64,000 nt of DNA. It comes from Alphaproteobacteria bacterium (lineage in GTDB: Bacteria; Pseudomonadota; Alphaproteobacteria; Rickettsiales; SXRF01). Below, one piece after another: positions 18,875 to 29,528 of the stretch (within the stretch, counting starts at the first letter, position 1; every line of letters begins with the position of its first letter). The stretch covers positions 10,690-74,689 of the forward strand of contig JBKDKX010000015.1 in NCBI GenBank assembly GCA_046344715.1, written 5' to 3'. The translations under genes were made by a program, and so were the position numbers. The notes under the pieces were generated by a model, which saw nothing but the letters and a program-made list of their open reading frames with translations, searched no databases and had not been told where the DNA came from.

Positions 18875-20749
18875 TTATCCTGCCTTCTGATCATTCAGAT
18901 CAATTTTTATGCTGTTCCCTAACGTCAACCGCAAAGCATTGGCGATAGCGAGAACATCGATGAATTCCTGTAATAATGCTGCTTGCACGGGGCTGATATA
19001 CCCAGCGGCGGCAAAGCCCATGCCGATGATGGAAAACGCCATGCCACCGATGGCACTTTGCAGCGCAATAAGGCGCAAGCGTGCACTGATATGGATCAAT
19101 TCATCCACCTTCACCAGCGAATTTTCCATGATGACCGCACCTGCGGCTTCGGCCGTCACGCTGCTATGTTGGCCGAAGGCAATGCCCACCGTGGCAGAGG
19201 CGAGGGCAGGGGCATCGTTAATGCCATCACCCATAAACAGCGTCGGCGCTTTGGCGGTTTCAGCACGCACAATCGCCACTTTTTGCTCAGGACTTTGTGA
19301 GGCGAGCGTTTCCTTGATGCCGAGTAACTCCGCCAGATACGTCACTTCCGATTCACGGTCGCCCGACACCAGCATGATTTTATTGAACTGATGCGAAGGC
19401 GCTAAATGGCTGATGAAAGATTTTCCATCCGCACGCGGTGCATCGCGGAAACGGAAGGTGGCAGCGTATTTACCGTCCATCATAATGATGCTCTCAAGCC
19501 CAGCTGCAGTGGGTGGCAATTGTATGCTTGGCTGCAATTGCAGGAGCTTCTTACGGCTGGTAACGGCAATTTCATGCGCCGCTACCATACCCGTCAAACC
19601 TTGCCCCGATTTTTCAGAAACGCTATCCGCCTCCATCAGCGGAAGTTTTTCTTTCGTTGCCGCCTGCATAATGGCGCTCGCCAGCGGGTGCTTGGAGTAG
19701 CGCTCAAGGCTTGCGGCACGCTGCAGAATATCATTCTGCCCCACACCAATGGCTGGCACGATTTCTGTGAGTTCTGGCTTGCCGTAAGTCAGCGTTCCAG
19801 TCTTATCAAAAATCGCTGTGCGGCAGGTGGGCAGGCGTTCCAGCACGGTTGGGTCTTTGATAATAATACCCTGCCGCGCGGCCATAGAAATCGCGCCGAT
19901 GATGGTGATAGGAATCGCGATAATCAGCGGGCAGGGGGTGGCGATCACCAGCACCGCAAGCGCACGCAGCGCATCACCTGTGAAAAACCAAACCATGCCT
20001 GTGACGATAAGCGCGAATATGGCAAACCAGCCACCAAGCTGATCGCCCAAGCGGCGCATGGTCGGGCGTTTTTGCTCCGCTTCTTGCATCACGCCCATGA
20101 TCTGCGCATAGCGTGAATCATGCGCGAGTTTTTCGGCGCGGATGGTGAGCACTGATTCGCCGTTGATTGCGCCCGACAACACCGCAACACCCGGTGCTTT
20201 GGAAACTTGGTAGGGCTCGCCTGTGAGGTAGGATTCGTCCATCGAGCCGTGGCCAACGGTTACCACGCCATCGACTGGCGCGGTTTCATGCGGATAGACC
20301 AGAATTTCATCGCCAATGGCAATATCAGTAAGTGCAATTTCTTCCACTCCATCGCCTTTCTTACGGTGCGCGGAAGCGGGCATACGTTCCGATAATGCGC
20401 GTAGCACGGCAGATGCCTTGCGCATGGCGTACACCTCTAACGCTTGCCCACCCGCGAGCATCAACACAATGAGTGCCGAGGCCAGATATTGCTCAAGTGC
20501 GGCGGCGGCAACCAGTTCAATGCCGCCCAAAAAATCCGCACCCACACTGCCACGGAACATTTTGATAACCACCTGAATCACCAGCGGAATGCCGCCAATG
20601 GTGATGAGAGCAAGCAAGGGAACATCCGAAAGACGCAAACCATACATAAGTTGCGTGTCATTCAGAATAAAATGCAAAGCGATAGCAATCAGTGATGCAA
20701 TCGCAATCACCAGCTGCCATTTTGAGAAAACATGTGTTTCTGTTTTCAT
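18875..20749 (-). CDS. heavy-metal P1B-type ATPase (P1B-5-like)
   Basis: LTGEP, TPCPL, DKTGT, HP, GDGINDAP, QEFID. Confidence 0.93.
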   Translation of the reverse strand: MKTETHVFSKWQLVIAIASLIAIALHFILNDTQLMYGLRLSDVPLLALITIGGIPLVIQVVIKMFRGSVGADFLGGIELVAAAALEQYLASALIVLMLAGGQALEVYAMRKASAVLRALSERMPASAHRKKGDGVEEIALTDIAIGDEILVYPHETAPVDGVVTVGHGSMDESYLTGEPYQVSKAPGVAVLSGAINGESVLTIRAEKLAHDSRYAQIMGVMQEAEQKRPTMRRLGDQLGGWFAIFALIVTGMVWFFTGDALRALAVLVIATPCPLIIAIPITIIGAISMAARQGIIIKDPTVLERLPTCRTAIFDKTGTLTYGKPELTEIVPAIGVGQNDILQRAASLERYSKHPLASAIMQAATKEKLPLMEADSVSEKSGQGLTGMVAAHEIAVTSRKKLLQLQPSIQLPPTAAGLESIIMMDGKYAATFRFRDAPRADGKSFISHLAPSHQFNKIMLVSGDRESEVTYLAELLGIKETLASQSPEQKVAIVRAETAKAPTLFMGDGINDAPALASATVGIAFGQHSSVTAEAAGAVIMENSLVKVDELIHISARLRLIALQSAIGGMAFSIIGMGFAAAGYISPVQAALLQEFIDVLAIANALRLTLGNSIKIDLNDQKAG

Positions 20750-22557
20750 TTCATCATCACATAACTGCCGGGTGCGTCGCAGGTGGGGGGATATTCTTTG
20801 CTGCCAATCCTCGATGGCTTAATTTTGCCCCCCGAATGCGTATCAAGCCAATTCTGCCACTCTTCCCACCACGAACCGTCTTTGGTGGGCGTATTCGTTT
20901 GCCACTGACCGGGAGGTGTATATCGCGCTGACGCTGGCATGGTAGAGATTTGGTAGCTGCGCCCTTTATGCCCAGGTTCGCTCACAATACCTGCATTATG
21001 TCCGCCGCTGGTGAGCACAAACGTCACGTCGCTCTCCGTAAGCAGCAGGATTTTATAGACTGATTTCCACGGTGCCACATGGTCGCGTACAGTGCCGACG
21101 GAGAAAATGGGCGTGCGGATATCCTGCAGCGCTACGGGCTTGCCGCTGACCATAAATCGGCCTTCTGCCAGATTATTTTGCAGAAATAGCTCGCGCAAAT
21201 ATTCGCTATGCATGCGGTACGGCATACGCGTGGCATCGGCATTCCACGCCATTAAATCGAACATCGGCTGGCGCTTGCCCTGCATGTAATCGGTAATCAT
21301 GCGCGACCAAATGAGGTCATTCGTGCGCAGCATTTGAAATGAACCCGCCATTTGGTGTTTATCGAGATAACCTTGCTGCCACATTACATCTTCTAAGAAT
21401 GCCAACTGACTATCATCGACAAATAATCGCAGCTCTCCGGCCTCCTCAAAATCCACCTGAGAGGCGAGGAAAGAAAGGGTTTTAATCGTTTCATCGCTAT
21501 CACGCGCAAGGCTTGCCGCCATCATGGAAAGTAGCGTGCCGCCTAAGCAATAGCCCATCGCGTGAATCTGCGGTGCATGAGTGATAGCTTTTACTGCCTG
21601 TATTGCTTCGCCTAGCCCCGTATGCAGATATTCTTCCAAGCCCACATCACGGTCACACGCATCCGGGTTGCGCCATGAAATCATGAACACCGTGTGGCTT
21701 TTATCCACCAGATATTTCACCAGCGAATTATGCGGTGAAAGATCGAGTATATAATATTTCATGATCCATGCAGGCGTGATGAGTATTGGCTCCGCGAATA
21801 CCTCCGCCGTAGTGGGCTCATATTGTATCAGCTCGATGAGATGATTGCGAAAAACGACTTTCCCTGAGGTGCTGGCGATATTTTCACCCACCACAAATGC
21901 CTCCGCCCCTATGGGTGGTTTATCTGCACGGGTGCGCTCCGCATCATCCAGCCAATTGAGCATTCCATGCCAAAAATTTGCACCGCCTTGCGCTCTTGTG
22001 GTTGATAAAATATCCGGGTTGGTGAGTGGAAAGTTGGAGGGAGACACCACATCCAGCAATTGCCGCGCAATGAATGATGTTACGTTTTGATGATGCAGTG
22101 ATACGCCGCGTACACCAGTAGTCGCCTCATTCCACCATGCTTGCGATAAAAGAAACCCCTGTTCCATTACATTAAACGGCCATTTATGCCAGCCATCACT
22201 GGTGAACCTACGATCTGCTGGCGGCGGAGCAATCGGCGCAGTAGCGTTGCCAGATGCGGCCTGTATTGCATATGCGTTGAACTGGGCATTTTTTTCTAAA
22301 AAGCTCTGCCTCAACATCTGCTGCTTGGATGGAGAAAACAGTATATGTTCAAACCAGTCAAACCCAGCAAGTATGAGTGAGGCGGGCGATATGCCACCAG
22401 TGAATTTTGCAACTGCTGCATGGAGGATGTGATCCAGCATGTAATCATCGGTGGGCTGCGCATAAACGGTACACTCCCCGCCACAACGCCTGCGCGTAGC
22501 ACATTGATTCTTACTTGTGATAAGCTGTAGGGATTTTTTCTTTGAAGCGGTAGCCAT
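20746..22557 (-). CDS. phaC: polyhydroxyalkanoate synthase (class I-type)
   Basis: KYYILDL, lipase box GYCLGG, DHVAPW, SGGHNAG, GSWW, DAPGSYV. Confidence 0.93.
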   Translation of the reverse strand: MATASKKKSLQLITSKNQCATRRRCGGECTVYAQPTDDYMLDHILHAAVAKFTGGISPASLILAGFDWFEHILFSPSKQQMLRQSFLEKNAQFNAYAIQAASGNATAPIAPPPADRRFTSDGWHKWPFNVMEQGFLLSQAWWNEATTGVRGVSLHHQNVTSFIARQLLDVVSPSNFPLTNPDILSTTRAQGGANFWHGMLNWLDDAERTRADKPPIGAEAFVVGENIASTSGKVVFRNHLIELIQYEPTTAEVFAEPILITPAWIMKYYILDLSPHNSLVKYLVDKSHTVFMISWRNPDACDRDVGLEEYLHTGLGEAIQAVKAITHAPQIHAMGYCLGGTLLSMMAASLARDSDETIKTLSFLASQVDFEEAGELRLFVDDSQLAFLEDVMWQQGYLDKHQMAGSFQMLRTNDLIWSRMITDYMQGKRQPMFDLMAWNADATRMPYRMHSEYLRELFLQNNLAEGRFMVSGKPVALQDIRTPIFSVGTVRDHVAPWKSVYKILLLTESDVTFVLTSGGHNAGIVSEPGHKGRSYQISTMPASARYTPPGQWQTNTPTKDGSWWEEWQNWLDTHSGGKIKPSRIGSKEYPPTCDAPGSYVMMK

Positions 22558-22610
22558 TGTTTTTATCCTTGTGATTTTACATGACTATAGCCCAGCACCG
22601 CCAACGTGAT

Positions 22611-22624
22611 TTGATCTAGGGCAA
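22611..22624. promoter_or_regulatory. FNR/FixK-type box upstream of phaC
   Basis: TTGA-TCTAGG-GCAA fits TTG(A/C)-N6-(T/G)CAA; minus-strand TATAGT at 22589-22584 near class II spacing. Confidence 0.6.
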
Positions 22625-22629
22625 GCGGT

Positions 22630-23361
22630 TTACGAAGCCATATATTGCCCGCCATTAATGGAAAATGTTTCCCCCGTGATGTTGCTGGATTCATCCGCCA
22701 CTAAGAACAACACCGCGCGGGCGATTTCTTCCGGCTCCATCAACCTGCCAACGGGCATTTGCGCGATCATAGCTTCAAGAATCGGCGGGGGCATTTTCGC
22801 CACCATATCCGTATCCGTGTAGCCTGGTGCTACGGCATTGACGGTGATACCTTTGGCGGCACTTTCACGCGCAAGCGCTTTGGTGAAGCCGATAATCCCT
22901 GCTTTTGACGCACTGTAATTCGTCTGGCCAATTTGCCCCAACTGCCCATTCACCGAACTGATGCTGACGATGCGCCCGAAATGATGTTCGCGCATGGGGT
23001 TTATCACTGCGCGGCACATATTGAAGCAGGAGGTGAGATTGGTGGTGATGACCGCGTTCCAGTTTTCCGCAGTCATTTTATGCAGCATTCCATCACGCGT
23101 TATGCCTGCATTGTTGATAAGAATGTGAATATTCGTGCCAAAGTCAACGGTGATTTTATCTGCGCCGTTCGCGCATTGATCAAAATCCGTTACATCCCAT
23201 TGGTATGTTCTGACGCCGGTTTCTTGCGCGAATTTCTTTGCCGCTTCCTCGCCCACAAGGTAATTCGCGGCAACATCATATCCCGCCGTCTTTAACGCCT
23301 TGCATATTGCTGCACCAATACCCGTTGTTCCGCCCGTTACCAGTACTAATTTATGGGTCAT
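22630..23361 (-). CDS. phaB: acetoacetyl-CoA reductase
   Basis: TGGTTGIG, NNAGITRD, GQIGQTNYSASKAG; adjacent to phaC. Confidence 0.92.
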   Translation of the reverse strand: MTHKLVLVTGGTTGIGAAICKALKTAGYDVAANYLVGEEAAKKFAQETGVRTYQWDVTDFDQCANGADKITVDFGTNIHILINNAGITRDGMLHKMTAENWNAVITTNLTSCFNMCRAVINPMREHHFGRIVSISSVNGQLGQIGQTNYSASKAGIIGFTKALARESAAKGITVNAVAPGYTDTDMVAKMPPPILEAMIAQMPVGRLMEPEEIARAVLFLVADESSNITGETFSINGGQYMAS

Positions 23362-23741
23362 ACGGATTCGTCAATCATGGCGATGAGCGCCACCTCCACC
23401 TCTTTAGCTATTGCTTCCAGTTTTGGTGAATCGGAAAGCGCTTTCAACATTGCCGTGGGTCTGATCATACCAATTTTTGTTTGACCTTGCTCTGAATAGA
23501 CAGAAACGCGGCACGGCAGTGCCATGTTTAGCTCCATATCTACCATCAGCACTTCTTTTGCACTCTGCGGGTTGCAAATTTCAAGAATCTGACAGGCATT
23601 GGGGAATTCTACGCCCTTCTTTTTTAGCGTTTCCTGAAGATTATGGATATGCAGCACACCAAATTTATGACGCACCACCGCAGTCTGTAAATCGGCTACC
23701 GCCTGTTCAACCGATTTCGATGTTTGTACGATATATTTCAT
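23358..23741 (-). CDS. DUF302 family protein
   Basis: FGVLHIHNLQETL, ILEICNP, ALPCRVSV. Confidence 0.88.
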   Translation of the reverse strand: MKYIVQTSKSVEQAVADLQTAVVRHKFGVLHIHNLQETLKKKGVEFPNACQILEICNPQSAKEVLMVDMELNMALPCRVSVYSEQGQTKIGMIRPTAMLKALSDSPKLEAIAKEVEVALIAMIDESV

Positions 23742-24133
23742 ATAAATTCCTGTGGTGCTTAAATGCTAATCCGTTGCTATGTCGCAAACAGCCTGTTCAT
23801 CCTTAGTAAGCAATTGCTCGATGTAATGCGTGATTTCCTGAGTTGTTGTCGGCAATGCGCTATGCATCAACAATCTTGGCGCAGTCTGCATATGGCGCAC
23901 GGCATTTTCCATGTTAGTGGCAACATCAGCGGCGTAACGAGTTGCGGTTTTCATTCCTATGCTCCTTCGAATGGGGTGGGGAGAGCACCGTGCTATTTCT
24001 CCGCTTAATGGCATTCCTTATATACGCTGAGATATAATGATTTAATGCGTTTGATAGGCATTGCTATAAAGACAGCGTAAGCGTGGAAAAAGCCGTGAAA
24101 AAGCCGTTACGTTTGTTTGTGGTAAAATAGGGA

Positions 24134-25399
24134 AGCGCCCTTGGTGTTGCAGGGGTCCAGCATTTGGCATACGGCTTGAAAACCAACAACACTCTTGAAT
24201 CTTTGAATATTTACAAGACTGGAGCCGGAGCCGAAGGCGCCAGGGCTATAGCTGATGCATTATGCGTAAACCAGACACTGAGTAAGCTTGAGATAAATCG
24301 TAACTATATTGGTGATGAGGGTGCCCGGGCAATGGCGCATATGCTCGAAAATAACCATGGGCTGATTACACTTGATATTGGGTTGAACGATATTACTGAC
24401 AGTGGCGCTAAGTCGCTGACGAATGCGTTATATAACAATAATACACTACTTGAAATTGACTTTAATTGTGCAAGATTTGGTGAAGAAGCCATAGAAGCGA
24501 TGGCAGCCCTGATTGCAGCCAATAAAGCACCTTTATATCTAGACATTAGGGGCAATTTTGCTCCCATGCCTGGGTTGGAGAAAATAGCAAAAGCCTTAGA
24601 AAGCAATGATACAATGTTAAATCTGGACATAAGCAATATGTGGCCAGAACAAGTTCTTGAAAGCTATATTGACTCTTTTGCTGCAGGGCTGCGTACAAAT
24701 CGCACTTTGGCCTCCATAAACATTGATGGAACAAATCCTAGATATAAAACATTCAGTCGTATAGATAACGCGTTGCTCGATAGTAAAAACTATGTTGATG
24801 ACCATTCTGGTTTTAAAAAGTTTACCGTTTGCGATGCAAATAAAAATGCGGCAAAACGCTTGCTTGATAAAATGAGAAAATCACCTGATAAGCTCAGTTT
24901 GGGTGATATCGATGAGATTAAAGAACGATCACAGGCTATAATTTTCCTTATCACTAGATACAATATTAGTCGGGATGGTGTGATTGAAACTGTTGGTTTA
25001 TTTGCAGCAGCACAAGATCGTGCGCGCGAATTAGGTACGGAAATTAAACTACCTGCTTATTGGCAAAAGAGAATTGATGCATTTAAGGAGCCAGTAACTC
25101 GTAGCAATAAGCCATACCCTCTCAAGGCAGATCGCACTCTCACGCTTGCCCGCCTTCAGGAAACAAAGGCCGATGGAAGAACTAACCTACAGATATTCGC
25201 CGAGCAGGGGCAATTGGGGGATGTATTCACAGCCGAGATATGGCAGGGCCGCAAGGATGAGATGGACAAAGCATGGCAGCTGGTAAAGCCGCAGCACCAA
25301 AACCAGGTGAACATTGAATTGGTACGTCAGCAGATAGATGCATTTAACCTGCGCGACCGTTTCCGTCGCGATGGGGACGATGTAGCGCAGGGGTTTTGA
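24134..25399 (+). pseudogene. ribonuclease-inhibitor-like LRR protein, apparently 5'-truncated
   Basis: ~28-aa repeats NxTLxxLxIxxNxIGDxGAxxxAxxL; repeat pattern runs back to an in-frame TAG near 24130 with no good start. Confidence 0.7.
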
Positions 25400-25785
25400 G
25401 GAGCATGAATTGAATTCATATACTGATCTAAAGTAGAAACGATTCTGCTGAGCGGAAATCGGATCTCCGACCCGTAATTACCAAACTAATGGATGGCCTG
25501 AGTATAGGAGTAGCTAGTATTACGCAATCTTCTTAATAAAAGTGCCGAACGGGTCTGGGACTCTGTGTCCAATGTGACTAGTTGGACTTATAACGACCGA
25601 TAGTCAATAAATTCAATGGCATACTGAGAGCGTTTGCGCTAATCATGCTACTGCACAGCCAAGTCCATAATATTGATATTTACCATTGGGATATCTACTC
25701 GCGGTGAAAATGCTTGGCATAAGGCCTATATTGTATTAGAAAGTGCCTCCCTTGCGGCCTTCGCGTCGTAGAGGTTTTTTGGTGA

Positions 25786-25862
25786 CGCGGGGTGGAGCAG
25801 CCCGGTAGCTCGTTAGGCTCATAACCTAAAGGTCGTCAGTTCAAATCTGGCCCCCGCAACCA
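25786..25862 (+). tRNA. initiator tRNA-fMet(CAT)
   Basis: C1/A72 mismatch, anticodon arm ttagg-ctCATaa-cctaa, T-loop gttcaaat, CCA. Confidence 0.96.
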
Positions 25863-27489
25863 TTCCGGCTTTAAATGAGCCGCCCAGAGCCAGTTTAAAA
25901 AGATTCTCAGAGTTGTAGCGAAGTTCAGCTTCTAAGTACTCATTTGAATTCGGTATTAATCGAATTTGCCCCATTAAGCCCTTCAAACACTGCCGCGCTT
26001 GGGTGACGTCTGTATAAAGGGCTTGGCCTAATCCGGCGACCAGTGCCTTATAACGCTCCACTGCGCGTGGCAGAACGGTAGTAATGATCTCTGCAGCCTT
26101 CGCATTGGCCTGTAGTTCTCTTTTAGCCCGAGCATACTCAGCTTCTGCATTCTGCAAGGCTTCCTTGGTGGTAGGGGTAATGATACCAGCCTGTATCGCC
26201 TTCATGATGTTAGCGATTTGCTCTTCTGCTTCCTTGGCTTTACGCTTTTGTGTGTCCACGTCCGGTTTCCGTGCGTTCTGCCTATTCTGTAAATCTTCTG
26301 TAATAATAGAAAGAAATACCTCCATCGCTTCGTCAGAAAGTAAGTCTTGGCGGATTATATCAAGTAAGCTGCCCTCAAGTATTTTACGCGATAAGCGCAG
26401 CCGGTTGGAACATGCCGCATCGCCACGGTTTATGTTAGTAGAGCACCCATAAGAGGTGCTGCTGTAGACGGTATAGCTCGCCCCGCAACAGCCACATTGT
26501 ATCAAGCCAGAAAATAAATACTTACCACTATGCGAGCGCGTTCTGGGATTATCCATCACTTCCCTAAGTTGATTAGATCGCTCGCGGATTTCCTTATGCC
26601 GTGCCTGCACCACGTCCCATAATGGCTGTGGCACAATGCGTAGTTCCGGCATTTCGGTTATCACCCATTCCTTTGCTTCGCGCTTGGTACGCCTGCGCTT
26701 TCCAGTATCGGGGTCTTTTCGCCATTCTGAACGGTTCCAAATATAACGGCCAATATAGAGCTGGTTATTTAAAAGCCCCGTGCCGTCATTATGGTCGCCA
26801 TAGATGGCGCTCGCCGCCCATGTAGAACCGCGTGTTGAAGATACGCCGAGGCGGTTCAGCTTATCAGCAATCCGCTTTGGGCTATCACCACCCGCAAACC
26901 ACTCGTACATTTGCTGCACCCACTTAGCTTCATCCGGGTCTATTTCACGCCTAACGGCTATGATCTCCGGCCTGCCATTGGGGTCCTTGCGTATTGGGTC
27001 TTCAATCGGCACGCGCTTATAACCATAGGTTCGCCCGCCTGCGCTGTATCCGCCCATTGCCTTGCCATACATTCCTCGATGTGTCTTTTCGCGTAAGTCG
27101 TCGAGGTACATCTCGTTCATCAGCCCGCGCATCGTGGACTGAATCTTCTCACCTTTGGTTGCTGAGTCATATCCGTCCGATACGCCAACGATGCGTAGGC
27201 CTTGGAACTTGAACCGGCGAATAACTTGCTTCATTTCCACATCGTCGCGTGAGAGCCGGGAGAGATCATCCACCAACAGCACTTTAAATTCGCGCCGCTC
27301 TGCCGCTGCAAGCATCGCCTCAAAGCCGGGACGGTTTTTGCTGGTCCCTGATATAGCCTTGTCATCGAATTGTGTGGCTAGCGTCATCCCGCATCGCTCG
27401 GCATAGCGAGTACAGTTGCGAACTTGGTCATCAATTGAGCTTTCACTCTGTTTATCACTGCTAAAACGCGCATATATAACTGTCTTCAT
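25819..27489 (-). CDS. large serine integrase
   Basis: YARFSS nucleophile, SRLSRD, recombinase domain, CGCCG..YGC..C zinc ribbon, coiled coil; GGAGG before MKTVIY; 3' end overlaps tRNA antisense. Confidence 0.95.
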   Translation of the reverse strand: MKTVIYARFSSDKQSESSIDDQVRNCTRYAERCGMTLATQFDDKAISGTSKNRPGFEAMLAAAERREFKVLLVDDLSRLSRDDVEMKQVIRRFKFQGLRIVGVSDGYDSATKGEKIQSTMRGLMNEMYLDDLREKTHRGMYGKAMGGYSAGGRTYGYKRVPIEDPIRKDPNGRPEIIAVRREIDPDEAKWVQQMYEWFAGGDSPKRIADKLNRLGVSSTRGSTWAASAIYGDHNDGTGLLNNQLYIGRYIWNRSEWRKDPDTGKRRRTKREAKEWVITEMPELRIVPQPLWDVVQARHKEIRERSNQLREVMDNPRTRSHSGKYLFSGLIQCGCCGASYTVYSSTSYGCSTNINRGDAACSNRLRLSRKILEGSLLDIIRQDLLSDEAMEVFLSIITEDLQNRQNARKPDVDTQKRKAKEAEEQIANIMKAIQAGIITPTTKEALQNAEAEYARAKRELQANAKAAEIITTVLPRAVERYKALVAGLGQALYTDVTQARQCLKGLMGQIRLIPNSNEYLEAELRYNSENLFKLALGGSFKAGMVAGARFELTTFRL

Positions 27490-27577
27490 AATTACCTCCA
27501 TGTGAACAACCGTCCAGCTTATATGGACAGGTGGGAATCGAAAGAGAAATGGTGGGCTAGTAATATAAGAGAGGTTT

Positions 27578-27620
27578 TAAGGGTTAGTGGGTTATAACCT
27601 AATAACCCCTTTAACCCTTA
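27578..27620. repeat. GGGTTA/TAACCC inverted repeat cluster (candidate origin or terminator)
   Basis: taagggtta (27578-86)/taaccctta (27612-20) and gggttat (27589-95)/ataaccc (27602-08). Confidence 0.6.
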
Positions 27621-29306
27621 TCCTGTAGCTTAACGCCGTCCCGCTTTTGCACCTGTTTTGATGCCGGAACATATTTGCCGTCTGGCGTACGTAATATGAT
27701 TCCATCGCGCACCATACGATTTAACGTCTTTCCAATACCACCCTGCTTACGATCAGTTTCTTGTGCAATTTCACGGGAACTCATCGGACGTCCCACCTGC
27801 ACCATAGCAAGCACGATCTCCTGATGTGTGCTGCTTATACGTAGTGGTACAGCATCGCCATGCGCTGTCCAAACTCCTTCATCAAAGGTCAGTGCTATTT
27901 CCTGTTCCACAACGTCACGACCACTTACATGCAATGATGCTTGAGCATTATTACGTTCACGAATCAGTACAAAATTAGTATCGGCTGAACCAGATATGCC
28001 ATTGGTTCCAGAAATCATCTCAAACGGATCATCAGAACCTTGTTTGCGCACATGATGTACCACCACAATTGCTATTGCAAAGCGGTCAGCAATTTTCTTC
28101 AGTGCGGAAACAGCCTCATAATCCTCATAGTATGAACCGCCACCTTTCGGTGTATTTCTGACCTTGGCAAAAGTGTCGATGAAGACTGCTTTGCAAGCTG
28201 GATTCTTCGCAAGCCTTCGTTCAAGCGCAAGTAGGCCTTGTTCATCCACAGACTTCCAAGTTATATGGAATTCCAACCGCCGCGCATCTTCGCGGGCAAG
28301 GTTCGGCGCAACCTTTTTTAATCGATCCTTTAATCGACGCTCAGAGTCCTCAAGAGCTAAATACAGAACCTCAGCAGCCTCGGTATCGTAAAAATTAAGT
28401 GCTCTTCGGCCAGAAGCAATGGCCACCACCAGCGCAAGTACAAGCCAACTCTTGCCGATCTTCGGTTTGCCCGCTAAAAATGTCAATCCTACTGGAATTA
28501 AGCCGGGTATTACCCAACGTATAGGCTCAATATCTTTTAGCAAAAGTTCGTCAGCAGAAATGCCTGTGCCTAGAAAAAGAGGCACTCTTTCAAGATTAGC
28601 GAATGCTTGTTTTGCCTTTTTCCCATGCAATTTTATAAAGTCATCTACGCCAACCTTCATTACTCCTGCGGGACGCGGTAAATCTATCCGAAAAGGGTTT
28701 GCGCCGTAGTTTACTAAAGCATCACGTAACGCATCCAAGGCCGCTTGTACGTTTTTCTTATACATCGGCATCAAACACGATAATGGTTTTACGATTTACC
28801 AGTTTGATATGGTTAAAATCGCTGATGACTTCTGATGATTCATCTTCTTTCGATTTCCAACCCCATACACCGCTCAAGCCAATTGCCGGACTGCCGAGCA
28901 ATGTAAGCGCAGCAGCCTTCTTTTCGCCTTCAACAATATATAAATCATCGCTGTTTACTGCGATTTTCGACCAATCGCAGAATGGTGGGAAATAAAATCT
29001 AGGTTTAGTGCCAGTAAGCTGTAAGTATTTTACAGACTTTTTCGCTCCTTGCGGTGTATATTCTTCAAGCAGTTTATATCGGCAAAATCCATTAAGCTTA
29101 CCGTCAGGGTCAAAATATGGGATTTCGTACGCCCATACTTTTGGTAGATTTTTAGGCGCAGGTTTATTTAATTTGATGTAAGCATTGCGAAATATACTTG
29201 CCATTTCGTCGGGGGATACATCACGAATTTGCATAACCTCGGCTGCTTTTTGATCCAGACAGCTATTCTTCAAATCATCAAGTGTTGGTTTCCTAAATTT
29301 AGTCAT
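27611..29306 (-). pseudogene. DUF3854-type primase fused to RepA/AAA_25 helicase, frameshifted near 28760
   Basis: ORF1 has VEGEKKA and ends at TOPRIM motif FDADV*; ORF2 continues KNVQAA..KVGVDDF then GKPKIGKS, YLALED, FIDT, VVHH. Confidence 0.8.
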
Positions 29307-29467
29307 AATTGTTCCTTTGCGTTGGTGATACGCGCAGCTTCATGCTCACGCGCAAGATGACCTCCATCGCTTGACAACGGTTCTTCCAATGCACGGAGTT
29401 CGTCGAAATATTGTTCGACCGCTACCCGTGCTAGTAATCTAATTATGTTGCGAAGTTCTGGCGTCAT
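29303..29467 (-). CDS. 54-aa protein (not in ORF track), candidate recombination directionality factor
   Basis: MTPELRNIIRLLARVAVEQYFDEL...; ATGA overlap with primase start. Confidence 0.6.
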   Translation of the reverse strand: MTPELRNIIRLLARVAVEQYFDELRALEEPLSSDGGHLAREHEAARITNAKEQL

Positions 29468-29528
29468 GTCCCGCATATACGTGACAAAACAACTTATGAA
29501 AACGCCCTATCAGGATACCTAAAAGGTA

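Larger units (their letters stand above)
13952..24130. mobile_element. decayed genomic island downstream of tRNA-Gln
   Basis: Serine recombinase pointing toward the tRNA, HEPN gene, gene fragments, accessory cargo; right boundary inferred from the truncated LRR gene, no attR seen. Confidence 0.6.

Noticed and set aside
23763-24014. ORFs 23763-24008 (+) and 23766-24014 (-)
   Set aside because: No motif or convincing start; possibly a remnant
13930-25786. attR duplicate of the tRNA-Gln 3' end
   Set aside because: No second copy of ggcgccccagcca found by eye, so the island's right end is only inferred
25812-25828. Initiator tRNA lacking the first of three anticodon-stem G-C pairs
   Set aside because: A-U at that position is known in alphaproteobacterial tRNA-fMet
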